The notes below the pieces were generated by a model. That model was not told the origin of the DNA and ran no database searches. It saw nothing but the letters and a program-made list of their open reading frames with translations. Shown here in pieces: positions 1 to 10,389 of a stretch of 64,000 nt of DNA. Both the position numbers and the translations under genes were made by a program. Position 1 is the first letter of the stretch. Each line of letters opens with the position of its first letter. The DNA lies in assembly GCA_964442455.1 (NCBI GenBank), contig CAYTZB010000002.1, positions 11,159-75,158 of the forward strand, read 5' to 3'. This DNA is from an uncultured Gammaproteobacteria bacterium. GTDB taxonomy: Bacteria > Patescibacteriota > Microgenomatia > UBA8517 > JACQJR01.

Positions 1-376
1 AAGAGAAATTTTCTATGCCTACAATGACGAGGAAAAGGAACAAGTTCTCAAAACCTTGCGGACAAAGGGTGTAGGGAAAAAGACAAAGGATGGGGAAGTA
101 ACTCAGGAAGTACAAGAAGAAGGTGACGGAGAAGCTCCTACTACTACCCGTGGTACTCGTACCATCGTCATCCAAAGATACAAAGGGTTAGGCGAGATGA
201 ACCCAAGCCAACTTTGGGAAACAACAATGAATCCCGAGAAACGGACTTTAAAACAAGTTAACGTCGAGGACGCCGCCGAAGCCGACCGCGTGTTTACGAT
301 GTTAATGGGCGAAGAAGTCCCACCCCGCAAAAGGTTCATCCAAACCCATGCCAAGCTGGCAAATCTGGATATTTAG
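1..376 (+). CDS. gyrB: DNA gyrase subunit B, C-terminal fragment (5' end lies outside the window)
   Basis: Open frame from base 2; the translation ends ...[26 protein letters not shown]...[16 protein letters not shown], which matches the conserved GyrB C-terminus. TAG stop at 374-376. Confidence 0.9.
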   Translation, partial: REIFYAYNDEEKEQVLKTLRTKGVGKKTKDGEVTQEVQEEGDGEAPTTTRGTRTIVIQRYKGLGEMNPSQLWETTMNPEKRTLKQVNVEDAAEADRVFTMLMGEEVPPRKRFIQTHAKLANLDI

Positions 377-403
377 CTTAATTTTTGATAAAATAACCTC
401 GTT

Positions 404-1240
404 ATGAAGCAAGAAGCAGGAAAAGAACAACCAAAGCCAGAAGTAGTTCATATAGGCGAAAAGTTTTACCTTTTTGATCCAATCAGAACCGAGAGCGGAT
501 GGAATCCCCACTTTAACATAGTAAGATATGAATCGCGAATACTGCTAGAGACTAGGCTTAGGCTACCAATAGCAGCATATACTAGACCTACGTTTGATAT
601 TTTAAGATTGGAAGGTATAACACCGTATAACCCTGAGGCGGGTTACTCTATTTCTCAAACGGATTTTAATTGGGAAACTAGGATACGAAAACTAAAGCAA
701 CTTAGAGGTGAACTGGGAGATTTGAAGGTAGATTCTTCAAAAGCACCGTTAGCCATAATAATAGCGCACAACCCGCTAGAGGAACAAAGCATAGAATTAT
801 ACGATATTTCAAAGGGAGAAGAGATTCCTGATTTCACCGATATCGAACCATCAGATTTAATATCCAGAGTATTGGAGTATTCAACCTTACCCGAAGAAGA
901 ACGTAGGAGAGTTTTTAAGCATACATGGCACTATCCATTTAAAGCTGATGTAATAGAAGTATTAAAAAGATTGCATGTAGAGTTAATTTCTCCAGTTGGT
1001 CGTTTTGAGAGCAAACCATCTTTACGATCGCAAAAATCGGCAACTTTAGCATTTAACTGCTTTTATCCCTTTGGTAATCCACTTCCAGTAGAGGGCCACG
1101 ATTTAAAAGAGATGGGTCTAACTATGGAAGAGGGTTTCTATCTATGTGTGCCTTCCAATTTGGATCAGTTAAGCCAAATCCAAGCTCGATTTATCCTCGC
1201 TCCAGAAGAAGGCCAAGAAGCAAGACCTCCAGAACAGTAA
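404..1240 (+). CDS. hypothetical protein (278 aa)
   Basis: Long ATG-initiated ORF directly after gyrB. No recognisable motif. Confidence 0.5.
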   Translation: MKQEAGKEQPKPEVVHIGEKFYLFDPIRTESGWNPHFNIVRYESRILLETRLRLPIAAYTRPTFDILRLEGITPYNPEAGYSISQTDFNWETRIRKLKQLRGELGDLKVDSSKAPLAIIIAHNPLEEQSIELYDISKGEEIPDFTDIEPSDLISRVLEYSTLPEEERRRVFKHTWHYPFKADVIEVLKRLHVELISPVGRFESKPSLRSQKSATLAFNCFYPFGNPLPVEGHDLKEMGLTMEEGFYLCVPSNLDQLSQIQARFILAPEEGQEARPPEQ

Positions 1241-1291
1241 ACCTAATCCACCACCCATTTTAGTACTTGACACGGGGAACAAGAAACCACA

Positions 1292-1555
1292 ATGATAAAA
1301 ATAAGTATGGTTGAACGACTGGCAGAAGAATTAGCACAAGGGGTTATGGCCGAAGATAGGGTCCTAGGCGCAGCAGCATTTCCAAGAACTCTCGACGAAC
1401 TCTACACCATTCTAGAAGAAGAGGGGGTAGCTCCAGCAAAAACTCTTGAAGTTGTATGGAGATTATCCGAAAATGAAGTATTAGCATTAAGACCTAACGG
1501 TAAATTCCAAGCAATAGGAAACTATCCACACCAACTTTGGTTGATGAACGAGTGA
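1292..1555 (+). CDS. hypothetical protein (87 aa)
   Basis: Small ORF co-oriented with and 50 nt after the preceding ORF. TGA stop. Confidence 0.4.
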   Translation: MIKISMVERLAEELAQGVMAEDRVLGAAAFPRTLDELYTILEEEGVAPAKTLEVVWRLSENEVLALRPNGKFQAIGNYPHQLWLMNE

Positions 1556-1605
1556 AGTATGCTGCTTTACTTTGTGAAAAGCAGATGATATAGTTTTTTC
1601 TACTC

Positions 1606-3609
1606 ATGGTACAGTTTCTTTCGCAGTACACATTCCACATTGTTATCGCTGCCTCAGGAGCAGCGATTCTTTATGCAATTTATCTTATTACCCAAATTTT
1701 AAAACAACCTCGCGGAACTCCTGAAATGATTAACATTGCTGATGCAATAAACGTCGGAGCAGTCGCTTATCTGCGGCGTCAGTACAGTGTTGTTGCAGGC
1801 ATTGCACTTCTTCTGGCAGTACTCATTGCCTGGTTTCTTGGAATGCATGTCGCCGCAGGATTTCTTGTTGGCGCGCTGGCTTCAGCCGTCGCCGGAATTG
1901 TGGGAATGTACATTTCGGTGCGAGCAAACGTTCGCGTCGCAGAAACAGCCAAACAGGGACTCGCTCAAGCGCTTGACCTCTCATTTAAAGGCGGAGCGGT
2001 AACCGGACTTCTGGTTGCCGGACTAGCACTCTTGTCAGTCACCGGCACGTTCCTAGTAGCCCAGCAAAACCTTCCTTTATCGCAAACCTTAACAACCCTT
2101 ATTGGGCTTGGATTTGGTGGCTCGCTCATTTCGGTCTTCGCTCGACTGGGTGGAGGGATCTATACAAAAGCAGCTGACGTCGGAACGGATATGGTCGGGA
2201 AAATTGAACAGGGGATTCCCGAAGATGATCCTCGAAACCCAGGAGTTATCGCCGATCTAGTAGGCGATAATGTTGGAGATTGCGCAGGAATGGCAGCGGA
2301 TTTGTTTGAAACGTATGTTGTCACCGCAGTTGCGACAATGCTTCTTGGGTTTTTAAGCGGAAGAGGGGACGTCGCAATTATTTTCCCGCTCATTCTTGGT
2401 GCAGTAACACTTACTGCAACTATCATTGGTACCTTTTTTGTTAAACTACCACGCGGTGAGAGCATCATGGGAGCACTATACCAGGGGCTGGCTGCAACTG
2501 TTGTTATCAGCGCAATCCTCCTATACCCCATAACCCAGTTTTATCTTGGTACGAACTTATTCTTTGCTGTTCTTGTCGGATTTGGAGTAGCGCTTGCCAT
2601 GGTAGGAATCACCGAATTCTTTACTTCAAAGAAATTTGCAAGCATTAGGAATCTCGCGCAGGCGTCTGAAACCGGACACGCAACCAACATCATTGCAGGA
2701 CTCGCTCTATCGCTTCGGTCAACCTTTCCAGCAATTCTTGTTATTGGATTAGGAATTCTGCTTGCTTACCAGGTTGGAGGACTCTACGCTATAGCAATTG
2801 CGGCAGCAAGCATGCTATCGCTCACTGGTATCGTTGTTGCTATTGACGCATTCGGTCCCATTACCGACAACGCAGGTGGTATTGCTGAGATGGCAAATTT
2901 GCCCGAGAAAGCTAGAAAAGTAACTGATGCACTCGATGCTGTAGGAAACACTACAAAAGCAGTTACTAAAGCGTATGCAATCGCCTCAGCAGGCCTTGCA
3001 GCACTCGTACTTTTTGCGTCCTACATCCAAGAATTAGGGGAGAATAGCCCGATAATCTTTTCTCTCTCTTCACCGTCGGTTCTGGTCGGGCTCTTTCTTG
3101 GGGGAGCACTCCCGTACCTTTTTGCAAGTTTTGCTCTGGAGGCAGTAGGGAAAACAGCAGGAAGTTTAGTTGAGGAAATTCGGCGGCAATTTAAGACCAT
3201 CAAAGGGATAATGGAAGGCAAAACTCGTCCCCAATATGACCGATGTGTTGATGTGGTTACCAAGGGAGCTTTGAAAGAGATGGTTATCCCAGCCCTATTA
3301 CCTGTACTTGTGCCAATTATCGTTGCATTCACTCTTGGAGCTCAAGCACTCGGTGGACTTCTCATAGGGACAATTATTACCGGACTCTTTGTTGCTCTTT
3401 CGATGACGACCGGTGGAGCAGCCTGGGATAACGCAAAAAAATATATTGAAGAGGGACACTTTGGTGGAAAAGGAAGCTTTGCTCATCAAGCAGCAGTAAC
3501 GGGCGATACCGTCGGCGACCCCTATAAAGACACCGCCGGGCCTGCCATAAACCCCATGATTAAGGTTGTAAACATTGTCGCTTTGCTTATTGCCCCGTTA
3601 TTGGCATAA
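1606..3609 (+). CDS. hppA: membrane-bound H+/Na+-translocating pyrophosphatase
   Basis: 667-aa polytopic membrane protein carrying the H+-PPase signature motifs [17 protein letters not shown] and [17 protein letters not shown]. Confidence 0.93.
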   Translation: MVQFLSQYTFHIVIAASGAAILYAIYLITQILKQPRGTPEMINIADAINVGAVAYLRRQYSVVAGIALLLAVLIAWFLGMHVAAGFLVGALASAVAGIVGMYISVRANVRVAETAKQGLAQALDLSFKGGAVTGLLVAGLALLSVTGTFLVAQQNLPLSQTLTTLIGLGFGGSLISVFARLGGGIYTKAADVGTDMVGKIEQGIPEDDPRNPGVIADLVGDNVGDCAGMAADLFETYVVTAVATMLLGFLSGRGDVAIIFPLILGAVTLTATIIGTFFVKLPRGESIMGALYQGLAATVVISAILLYPITQFYLGTNLFFAVLVGFGVALAMVGITEFFTSKKFASIRNLAQASETGHATNIIAGLALSLRSTFPAILVIGLGILLAYQVGGLYAIAIAAASMLSLTGIVVAIDAFGPITDNAGGIAEMANLPEKARKVTDALDAVGNTTKAVTKAYAIASAGLAALVLFASYIQELGENSPIIFSLSSPSVLVGLFLGGALPYLFASFALEAVGKTAGSLVEEIRRQFKTIKGIMEGKTRPQYDRCVDVVTKGALKEMVIPALLPVLVPIIVAFTLGAQALGGLLIGTIITGLFVALSMTTGGAAWDNAKKYIEEGHFGGKGSFAHQAAVTGDTVGDPYKDTAGPAINPMIKVVNIVALLIAPLLA

Positions 3610-3631
3610 GTTTCCCAGGGCCACAAGAGCG

Positions 3632-3660
3632 TTGTATTTTGCTTCAAAATCTCGTATAAT
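3632..3660 (+). promoter_or_regulatory. sigma-70-like promoter (TTGTAT, 17-nt spacer, TATAAT) upstream of the gyrA leader
   Basis: ttgtat at 3632-3637, a 17-nt spacer, tataat at 3655-3660. Confidence 0.4.
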
Positions 3661-3677
3661 TATACAGTTTCAGCCTC

Positions 3678-3779
3678 ATGGATATAGGTAAAATTCAACC
3701 AGTTGAGATAAAACACAGTATAAGAAATAATCCAGGATTTAGCGCGCGAGGCGAACTTTGTAAGAAGCGAAGGTAACCC
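3678..3779 (+). CDS. 33-aa leader ORF whose first 11 codons duplicate the gyrA N-terminus ([11 protein letters not shown])
   Basis: atggatataggtaaaattcaaccagttgagataa at 3678-3711 matches the gyrA start at 3947-3980 in 33 of 34 nt. The ORF then diverges and stops at taa 3777-3779. Confidence 0.4.
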
Positions 3780-3885
3780 TTTCGAAAAATGTGTCGAGTC
3801 GTACGAAGAATGAGGTAGGAAGTTCTAATAAGGGATTCCGTATGATGAGACGCAAGCGAGGAGTGGATTATTACACTCGAACTAC

Positions 3886-3908
3886 CGCTCTATACGACGA
3901 GCGTTTTT
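3886..3908 (+). terminator. intrinsic-terminator-like hairpin (CGCTC-tatacga-GAGCG followed by TTTTT) inside the gyrA leader
   Basis: A perfect 5-bp stem with a 7-nt loop, followed by ttttt, located 40 nt upstream of the gyrA ATG. Confidence 0.45.
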
Positions 3909-3946
3909 GAGAAAGGTGTTTCCGAAGCTTAACATAAATAACAAAG

Positions 3947-6535
3947 ATGGACATAGGTAAAATTCAACCAGTTGAGATAACAGAAGAACTTCAAAAGTCG
4001 TACCTCGACTACGCAATGTCGGTCATTGTTGCGCGCGCGTTGCCTGATGTGCGCGATGGACTAAAACCCGTACACCGTCGAATCTTGTACGCAATGCACC
4101 GTCTGGGACTGCGGCCGGGCGGGGGATTCACAAAATCAGCAAAAGTAGTAGGAGAGGTATTAGGAAAGTATCATCCTCATGGTGACATGCCGGTATACGA
4201 CGCTCTCGTCAGGCTTGCTCAAGACTTCTCCATGCGCTATCCGCTGGTTTCGGGACAAGGAAACTTTGGTTCAGTTGATGGGGACCCTCCTGCTGCCATG
4301 CGTTATACCGAAGTGCGTCTCGCATCAGCGGCAAATGCGATGCTAGCGGACTTGGACAGCGACACGGTCGACTGGCTTGATAACTTCGATACGACGCTTA
4401 AAGAGCCCGTTTATTTGCCTGCAAAACTACCAAACCTTCTGCTCGCGGGTGCGGACGGCATTGCGGTCGGAATGGCAACCAAAATTCCGCCTCATAATCT
4501 TCGAGAGGTCGTAAAAGCCGCTCTTGCCACGATTGCACGAGGAACACTAACTCCGGTAGAGAACGGCGAAGAACCACTCGCAACCTTCACCCTAAAAAGA
4601 ATTGAACTCGCGGTAAAAGAAAACCAAGAAAGCGATGATATTCCTATTCCAAAGCTCCAGTTTGCCTCCGAGATTACCACAGAAGAGCTTATTACCCACA
4701 TTCCTGGTCCTGATTTCCCCACGGGAGGCGCAATCTACGACGCGCACTCCCTTATCGAAATGTACGGGAGCGGCCGAGGCAAGATTACCGTTCGTGGAAT
4801 AGCAAAAATTGAGGAAGGAAAGGGAGGAAAACAGCGAATTGTCGTGACAGAGATCCCTTATCAAGTGAATAAAGCACAGCTGGTCGCTCGTATTGCACAA
4901 CTAGCACGCGATAAGAAAATTCAGGGAATCTCGGACATTAGGGATGAGTCTGACAGGGCAGGGATGTCAATTGTTATAGAACTTCGACGTGACGCAAAAC
5001 CCAAGGCAGTGCTCAATAATCTCTATAAACATACCACACTTCAAACAAGCTTTCCTGCAAATTTTGTCGCGTTGGTAGACGGAGTGCCTCATACCTTGGG
5101 TCTTAAACGTATTCTTACTGAATACATTGACCACAGACAGAGAATTATTGTACGACGTACGGTATTTGAACTGCGAGAAGCACGGCGTCGAGCACATATT
5201 TTGGAAGGCTTAAAAATCGCGCTTGATAACTTGGATGCAGTTATTGACACGATAAAGAAAGCGGCGGATGCAGATGAAGCAAAACAGAAATTAATGAGCC
5301 GCTTTGGGTTAACAGAAGTTCAAGCAACGGCAATTTTGGATATGCAACTGCGGCGCTTGGCTCGTCTTGAACGAGAAAAAATTGAGCAGGAATGGAAAGA
5401 ACTGCAGGAACTTATTAAAAAGCTAGAAGGAATTTTAACGACCCCCCAAAAAACACTCGACGTCCTGACTGACGAGCTAGAAGAGCTTGCAAAAGTATAC
5501 GGTGATATTCGGCGCACGAAAATCTATCAAACGAAACTGGGAGAATTCTCGCAAGAAGATTTGGTGGCAAAAGAGGAAACGCTCATCACATTGACTGCTG
5601 GCGGGTATATAAAGCGAGTTCCATTTTCTACCTATCGTCAACAAGCACGAGGCGGAAAGGGAGTAATGGGAACCGCAGTAAAACGTGAGGATGAAATCGT
5701 GCATCTCACCTCTGCCTCAACGCATGACCTCCTTCTCGTATTTACCGATAAGGGGCGAGTGTACGCAACTCCCGTGTGGGAAATTCCCGAAGGAAGCCGA
5801 CTCTCCCGAGGCCAAGCAATTATTAATTTAGTGAATCTTGAAGCTGAAGAAGCAATTCAAACAATCCTTCCTTTAACCAAAAATGGAGACACTAAGTTCC
5901 TCTTTATGGCAACCAAAGGGGGCGAGGTAAAAAAGACTGGAATTCTTAAGTTCGCAAACATTCGGGGACGAGGAATCGTAGCAATTAAACTAGACAAAAA
6001 TGACCGATTAGCATGGGTCAAGCCAACAACAGGGGAAGATGAAATTTTATTGGTTACACAAAAAGGGAAGGCAATCCGCTTTAAGGAGGCACAAATCAGA
6101 CCAACAGGACGTGCCACAATGGGAGTACGGGGGGTTAGGCTTGGAAAAGATGATTCTGTTATCGGAATGGAGGTAATTTACAAAAGAAAAGATGTTGATG
6201 GTCGGAAAAAACCATTCACTGACATTCTCGTGGTCACCGAACGGGGATTAGGGAAACGAACTCCTGTCAAGCTATTTCCGCTTCAAGGAAGGGGAGGAGT
6301 GGGAGTAAAAATTGCAAACATTAATAACAAAACTGGTAATATAATAGTGGCGCTCTTTGCGGTTGAAGATATAAAGCAAATCATTATTACCTCAAAAACA
6401 GGTCAAGTCATTAAATTGCCCATCAGAAATGTCCCTCAATTAGGACGGGCAACCCAGGGGGTAATCCTTATGCGGTTTACAAAAGAAGAAGATGGAGTTG
6501 CCGCAGTTGCAACAGTTGATGAGGGTGAAGAATAA
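3947..6535 (+). CDS. gyrA: DNA gyrase subunit A
   Basis: 862 aa. Contains [24 protein letters not shown], the active-site region and C-terminal beta-pinwheel repeats. Confidence 0.95.
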   Translation: MDIGKIQPVEITEELQKSYLDYAMSVIVARALPDVRDGLKPVHRRILYAMHRLGLRPGGGFTKSAKVVGEVLGKYHPHGDMPVYDALVRLAQDFSMRYPLVSGQGNFGSVDGDPPAAMRYTEVRLASAANAMLADLDSDTVDWLDNFDTTLKEPVYLPAKLPNLLLAGADGIAVGMATKIPPHNLREVVKAALATIARGTLTPVENGEEPLATFTLKRIELAVKENQESDDIPIPKLQFASEITTEELITHIPGPDFPTGGAIYDAHSLIEMYGSGRGKITVRGIAKIEEGKGGKQRIVVTEIPYQVNKAQLVARIAQLARDKKIQGISDIRDESDRAGMSIVIELRRDAKPKAVLNNLYKHTTLQTSFPANFVALVDGVPHTLGLKRILTEYIDHRQRIIVRRTVFELREARRRAHILEGLKIALDNLDAVIDTIKKAADADEAKQKLMSRFGLTEVQATAILDMQLRRLARLEREKIEQEWKELQELIKKLEGILTTPQKTLDVLTDELEELAKVYGDIRRTKIYQTKLGEFSQEDLVAKEETLITLTAGGYIKRVPFSTYRQQARGGKGVMGTAVKREDEIVHLTSASTHDLLLVFTDKGRVYATPVWEIPEGSRLSRGQAIINLVNLEAEEAIQTILPLTKNGDTKFLFMATKGGEVKKTGILKFANIRGRGIVAIKLDKNDRLAWVKPTTGEDEILLVTQKGKAIRFKEAQIRPTGRATMGVRGVRLGKDDSVIGMEVIYKRKDVDGRKKPFTDILVVTERGLGKRTPVKLFPLQGRGGVGVKIANINNKTGNIIVALFAVEDIKQIIITSKTGQVIKLPIRNVPQLGRATQGVILMRFTKEEDGVAAVATVDEGEE

Positions 6536-6566
6536 GGCTATACTGAAATTAAAACAAACTTAAAAT

Positions 6567-7301
6567 ATGCTTGGTTATGTCAAACCATTGTTGACCGCAA
6601 TAATCGTCTTTATTCTTGTGGTGCTTTACAGTCGCTTCGGCCCCGGTCTTCCCGTTAATGTAATCTCCACGCAAAAAACAGACCTTTTCACAGTGAATGG
6701 GGAAGGGAAGGTAACTGCAATCCCTGATACTGCAAGAGTTATGATTGGAATCTCTATAGATCGGCCCAACCTTAAAACAGCACAAGAAGAAGCAAATAGA
6801 ATAACCAATACTATTACTGATCAATTGATTAAACTCGGCATCGACAAAAAAGACATTAAAACCACTAACTATAGTATTAATCCATCATATGATTACACAA
6901 GTAGCCCACCTCGCTCGAGCGGTTTTACCATCAACATTACGCAAGAAATTACTGTTAAAAACCTCGACCTTGTAAACCAAGCAATTGACATCACAACAGC
7001 AAATGGAGCAAATATCGTCGGAGGGTTGTACTTTACAGTTAACGATGAAAAACAAAAAGAGTTAGAAGGCGAAGCACGAACGCTCGCAATTAAAGACGCA
7101 AAAGAGAAAGCAGTTCAGATGGCAGATGCCGCTGGAATTACCTTAGGACGAGTTATTAATATTCAAGAAGTTCCTTCTGATTTCCCACGACCAGTTCCAC
7201 TTCGAGCAGTTCCTGAAGGTGGTGCTGGAGGAGAAACTCAAGTTCAACCAGGAACATCCGAGATTACCTCTCAAATTATCCTTACCTTCGAAACCAGATA
7301 G
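6567..7301 (+). CDS. SIMPL/DUF541-domain periplasmic protein (BP26/OMP28-like)
   Basis: N-terminal TM/signal segment followed by a TVNGEGKVTAIPDTARVMIGIS...QEITV pattern typical of SIMPL-domain proteins. Confidence 0.55.
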   Translation: MLGYVKPLLTAIIVFILVVLYSRFGPGLPVNVISTQKTDLFTVNGEGKVTAIPDTARVMIGISIDRPNLKTAQEEANRITNTITDQLIKLGIDKKDIKTTNYSINPSYDYTSSPPRSSGFTINITQEITVKNLDLVNQAIDITTANGANIVGGLYFTVNDEKQKELEGEARTLAIKDAKEKAVQMADAAGITLGRVINIQEVPSDFPRPVPLRAVPEGGAGGETQVQPGTSEITSQIILTFETR

Positions 7302-8240
7302 TCATTTATTCCCTCTATGAAACGCTTCGTGAACATCTCGTAACTGCTTATTAGTTACGTGGGTGTAGATTTGGGTTGTTGAGATGTTTTTGTGGCCGAG
7401 CATTTCTTGGACTGAGCGTAAATCTGCTCCTGCCATCAACAAATCGGTGGCAAACGAGTGTCGCAAGACGTGTGGCGTAGCCTCAACGGGCAATTTTATC
7501 TTACGAACATATTTCTTAATCATGCGTTGAATTGAACGGGGAGTCAGACGCATTGACTCGTCACTTCCTGTTACTTCCTTTTTGCCAGCATAGCGAATGA
7601 ATAATGGCTTATACGGATCATCGCGTGTGGCAAGATAATCGGCAATGTATTGTGCAGCACGCCTTGAAAGAAATACCACGCGGGGGCGCCTTCCTTTCCC
7701 AATAATCCCAAACTCTCGGGAATCAAGATCAAGTTTATCACGGTCAAGAGAGACAAGCTCAGACACACGAAGCCCAGTCGAGAATAAAAGTTCAAGGATT
7801 GCCTTGTCGCGTTTACCTTGTGGAGTCGACAAAGAAGGTGCAGAAAGTAGCCGCTCAACCTGTTCACCGTTCAAAAAATTCGGTGTATGCGCATCTGCCT
7901 TTGGCAAATCAAGCTTTTCAGGAGCAAGTGCTTCATGGTCATTTTTTCGAAGCCATTTTAAAAAAGCACGAAGTGCAATAATATGGTAACTTTGGGTTTT
8001 GCGAGAAAGGGGAGTGTTATGTGAGGTAAGACGAGAGAGGTAAACTCTGTATTGTCGCACACTTTCATTGTTGATATCACGCACGTTGGGCGCCGATTTC
8101 TGTTTCTCTAGCCACTCATAAAACCGCCGCAAATAATGGTTATAGTTACGGATGGTCAATGGCGAAACATTCCGCTCGATCTCTAAATACTCAAAGAACT
8201 GGTTAATGAGATTTTTGAGTTCCATCAGGCAGTTATACAT
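7302..8240 (-). CDS. tyrosine site-specific recombinase, XerC/XerD family
   Basis: C-terminal catalytic motifs HVLRHSFATDLLMAGADLRSVQEMLGHKNISTTQIYTHV, plus an N-terminal SAM-like domain. Confidence 0.85.
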   Translation of the reverse strand: MYNCLMELKNLINQFFEYLEIERNVSPLTIRNYNHYLRRFYEWLEKQKSAPNVRDINNESVRQYRVYLSRLTSHNTPLSRKTQSYHIIALRAFLKWLRKNDHEALAPEKLDLPKADAHTPNFLNGEQVERLLSAPSLSTPQGKRDKAILELLFSTGLRVSELVSLDRDKLDLDSREFGIIGKGRRPRVVFLSRRAAQYIADYLATRDDPYKPLFIRYAGKKEVTGSDESMRLTPRSIQRMIKKYVRKIKLPVEATPHVLRHSFATDLLMAGADLRSVQEMLGHKNISTTQIYTHVTNKQLRDVHEAFHRGNK

Positions 8241-8272
8241 CTAGTTTACACTTCGACAAGCTCAGTGTCAAC

Positions 8273-8286
8273 ATTGTGCGACACAA
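8273..8286. repeat. 14-nt palindromic motif ATTGTGCGACACAA, copy 1 of a direct repeat pair
   Basis: Identical 14-mer recurs at 9115-9128. The internal inverted arms are TTGTG/CACAA. Confidence 0.7.
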
Positions 8287-8349
8287 GCTATTTTTAATCA
8301 TTTTTCTTCTTCTATTATTTGCTTCTAAAGATAAAAATTTTGTATAATC

Positions 8350-8913
8350 TTGTTTATGGAAAGCCTTTTCGGAAGACATACAGTATTTAATGAGGACTTA
8401 AAATCGCTCATTATCAATTATTACACGGGCGTGGACCAAGTCATTTCTGCGTGGTCTTATGAACTTGCTTCTCTAACTGATTTTGAGAGCTCTTACATAA
8501 AGAGCATTATAGACACAGTTTTAGAAGGTGGAGGAGGCGTTGGAATAGTTGAATGGCCTGTGGGCAACCAACCAATGCAAGCGACACTAATAACCAAAAA
8601 TTCCATGCAAAGAGCAATAAACTACAATAATAGATTTCTCCCTTCAGAAGCCTCTTCTCTCCCTGAGGAAGAAACATACGACATACACATTGGAATATCA
8701 CCAAAAGATTTTATAGTGGTATTCAAATCTGCAAGTTTTCAACTACCTTTTGTATTTGATAATGAACCAAAAGGCAGACAAAGAAGAGGTGCTATTCTTT
8801 ATAAAGAGCCGGACGGCAAGTGGAAACCCTTGCTCGGAGTTAACTCTGTAAGGAATCAAATGAATTGGGTTTTATTTGATGAAGCCTACCAACTTTCATT
8901 CACTCAATCTTAA
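8350..8913 (+). CDS. hypothetical protein (187 aa)
   Basis: ORF bracketed by the two ATTGTGCGACACAA copies. No known motif. Confidence 0.4.
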   Translation: MFMESLFGRHTVFNEDLKSLIINYYTGVDQVISAWSYELASLTDFESSYIKSIIDTVLEGGGGVGIVEWPVGNQPMQATLITKNSMQRAINYNNRFLPSEASSLPEEETYDIHIGISPKDFIVVFKSASFQLPFVFDNEPKGRQRRGAILYKEPDGKWKPLLGVNSVRNQMNWVLFDEAYQLSFTQS

Positions 8914-9114
8914 ACGAAAAACAGGACACGTGTGGCCTATAGTAGGGGAGTGGGATTCGGTTAATCTTCGGAAGAGATAAAATACATAGGCGGCTCCAAA
9001 CGGGAGAAACATAAGAAAAATAAGCTTAATTTAACAAAAAAAATTTCAAAACTTGGGTGAAACATAAAGCAATACCATCCCTCCTCCACACACTCATTCT
9101 ACGTCGTAAAAGTA

Positions 9115-9128
9115 TTATTGTGCGACAC
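9115..9128. repeat. 14-nt palindromic motif ATTGTGCGACACAA, copy 2
   Basis: Exact match to 8273-8286. Confidence 0.7.
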
Positions 9129-9610
9129 AATACCACCTTTATTCCCTAGTCAAACAACTCTAGCTTTTTCTTCTTAAAGAGAGTAGGGTCGAAAATAAAC
9201 ATTAGAGCCCCCGAGCCAACTATACTTTTCTTCCCGCATTTCTTCTCGTATTTGTTTGTACTTCTATGACTCTTCCCCAACACTCTCTCCTCAGTTATCC
9301 ACATCCACTTTTCTCCGAACTAAAAACATATATCAAACTATATCATTTAAAGCTAAATAGGTATATTAGAGGGAAAGGAGCGGGAGTAAATGCAGCGCAG
9401 AATTGCTCTTGGAAGGAAAAGAGCTTCGGGTTTTCTTCCCGCAAGCTAATTAGCAGTTTCTTTGTTAATCTGCGTGAAAAGTTATCCTATAATGTGTGAA
9501 AACCCTATAGTAAACTATAGGGTAAATAGTGAGCTTGCCGAACTACTCCCCTTCCCCTGCTCCTGTCAACTAAAAAATTTAGATATTAGACATTAGAAGA
9601 AATTTTAAAG

Positions 9611-10381
9611 CTACCCTCCCCATTTTGAGCTCAAATACACGGCAAGAAGTACGACTAGCCCTACCAAAAGATACTCCTTCACTGTTCGCGCAAATAATCG
9701 GCCAACAAGTTCAGCTTGGAGAAACCCAAGGAGCACATACAGCACTGTCGTCAGAAAGAGTGATGCAACAACCACCGTCACCGGCCAGAGCGATATCATA
9801 AACCCAATCTCCCCCAAAACGGCGCTCACTACCGCAGACCACAGTATCAAGCGAGGGTTCACTCGCTCATCAAGCTCGATACTCCATACGCTCTGTAAAA
9901 CGAGTGGGAAGGAGAGAAGTAATGCACCTCCCCCATTAACCCAAGGAGCAAGCCGAAATGACCACACGGTATCAAACAAAAAGAAAGAAGTCGCGAGAGT
10001 CAATAAAAATCCAACTGCGTGAGCTGCTCGAAGAAGAGCAATCGTACGAATTGCGGCAACATTATAAATATTTGCAGTTAAAAGCAGCGCATACATCCCC
10101 AATCCATACAAGAATACAACAGGAAGCCGCGCCAGTAGTGCGCTCGGGAGCAAAAAGTAGAAAAACCCTACCCCCGCAGTAAATGCAACCGGCAAAACGA
10201 GCGTGAGGAGGGTGGCATTGCGACCGACTGTCTCTCGAAGTGACCAAAGTGAAAGAATGCCCGAGCCCACAACAACCGCCACAATCGCCTCATAGCGAAA
10301 CAGTACATCTGTTAATTGAATAATCAAGAAAGCTCCAGCTAAAATTATTGAAGTGAAAATAAATTTTCTTCTTTTAGACAT
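9611..10381 (-). CDS. hypothetical polytopic membrane protein
   Basis: 256 aa, six or more hydrophobic helices. No catalytic motif recognised. Confidence 0.5.
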   Translation of the reverse strand: MSKRRKFIFTSIILAGAFLIIQLTDVLFRYEAIVAVVVGSGILSLWSLRETVGRNATLLTLVLPVAFTAGVGFFYFLLPSALLARLPVVFLYGLGMYALLLTANIYNVAAIRTIALLRAAHAVGFLLTLATSFFLFDTVWSFRLAPWVNGGGALLLSFPLVLQSVWSIELDERVNPRLILWSAVVSAVLGEIGFMISLWPVTVVVASLFLTTVLYVLLGFLQAELVGRLFARTVKEYLLVGLVVLLAVYLSSKWGG

Positions 10382-10389
10382 GGCTCTTT

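Noticed and set aside
7645-7989. Plus-strand ORFs (114 aa and 60 aa) within the recombinase locus
   Set aside because: They are antisense to the XerC/D-type recombinase, whose catalytic motifs are intact.
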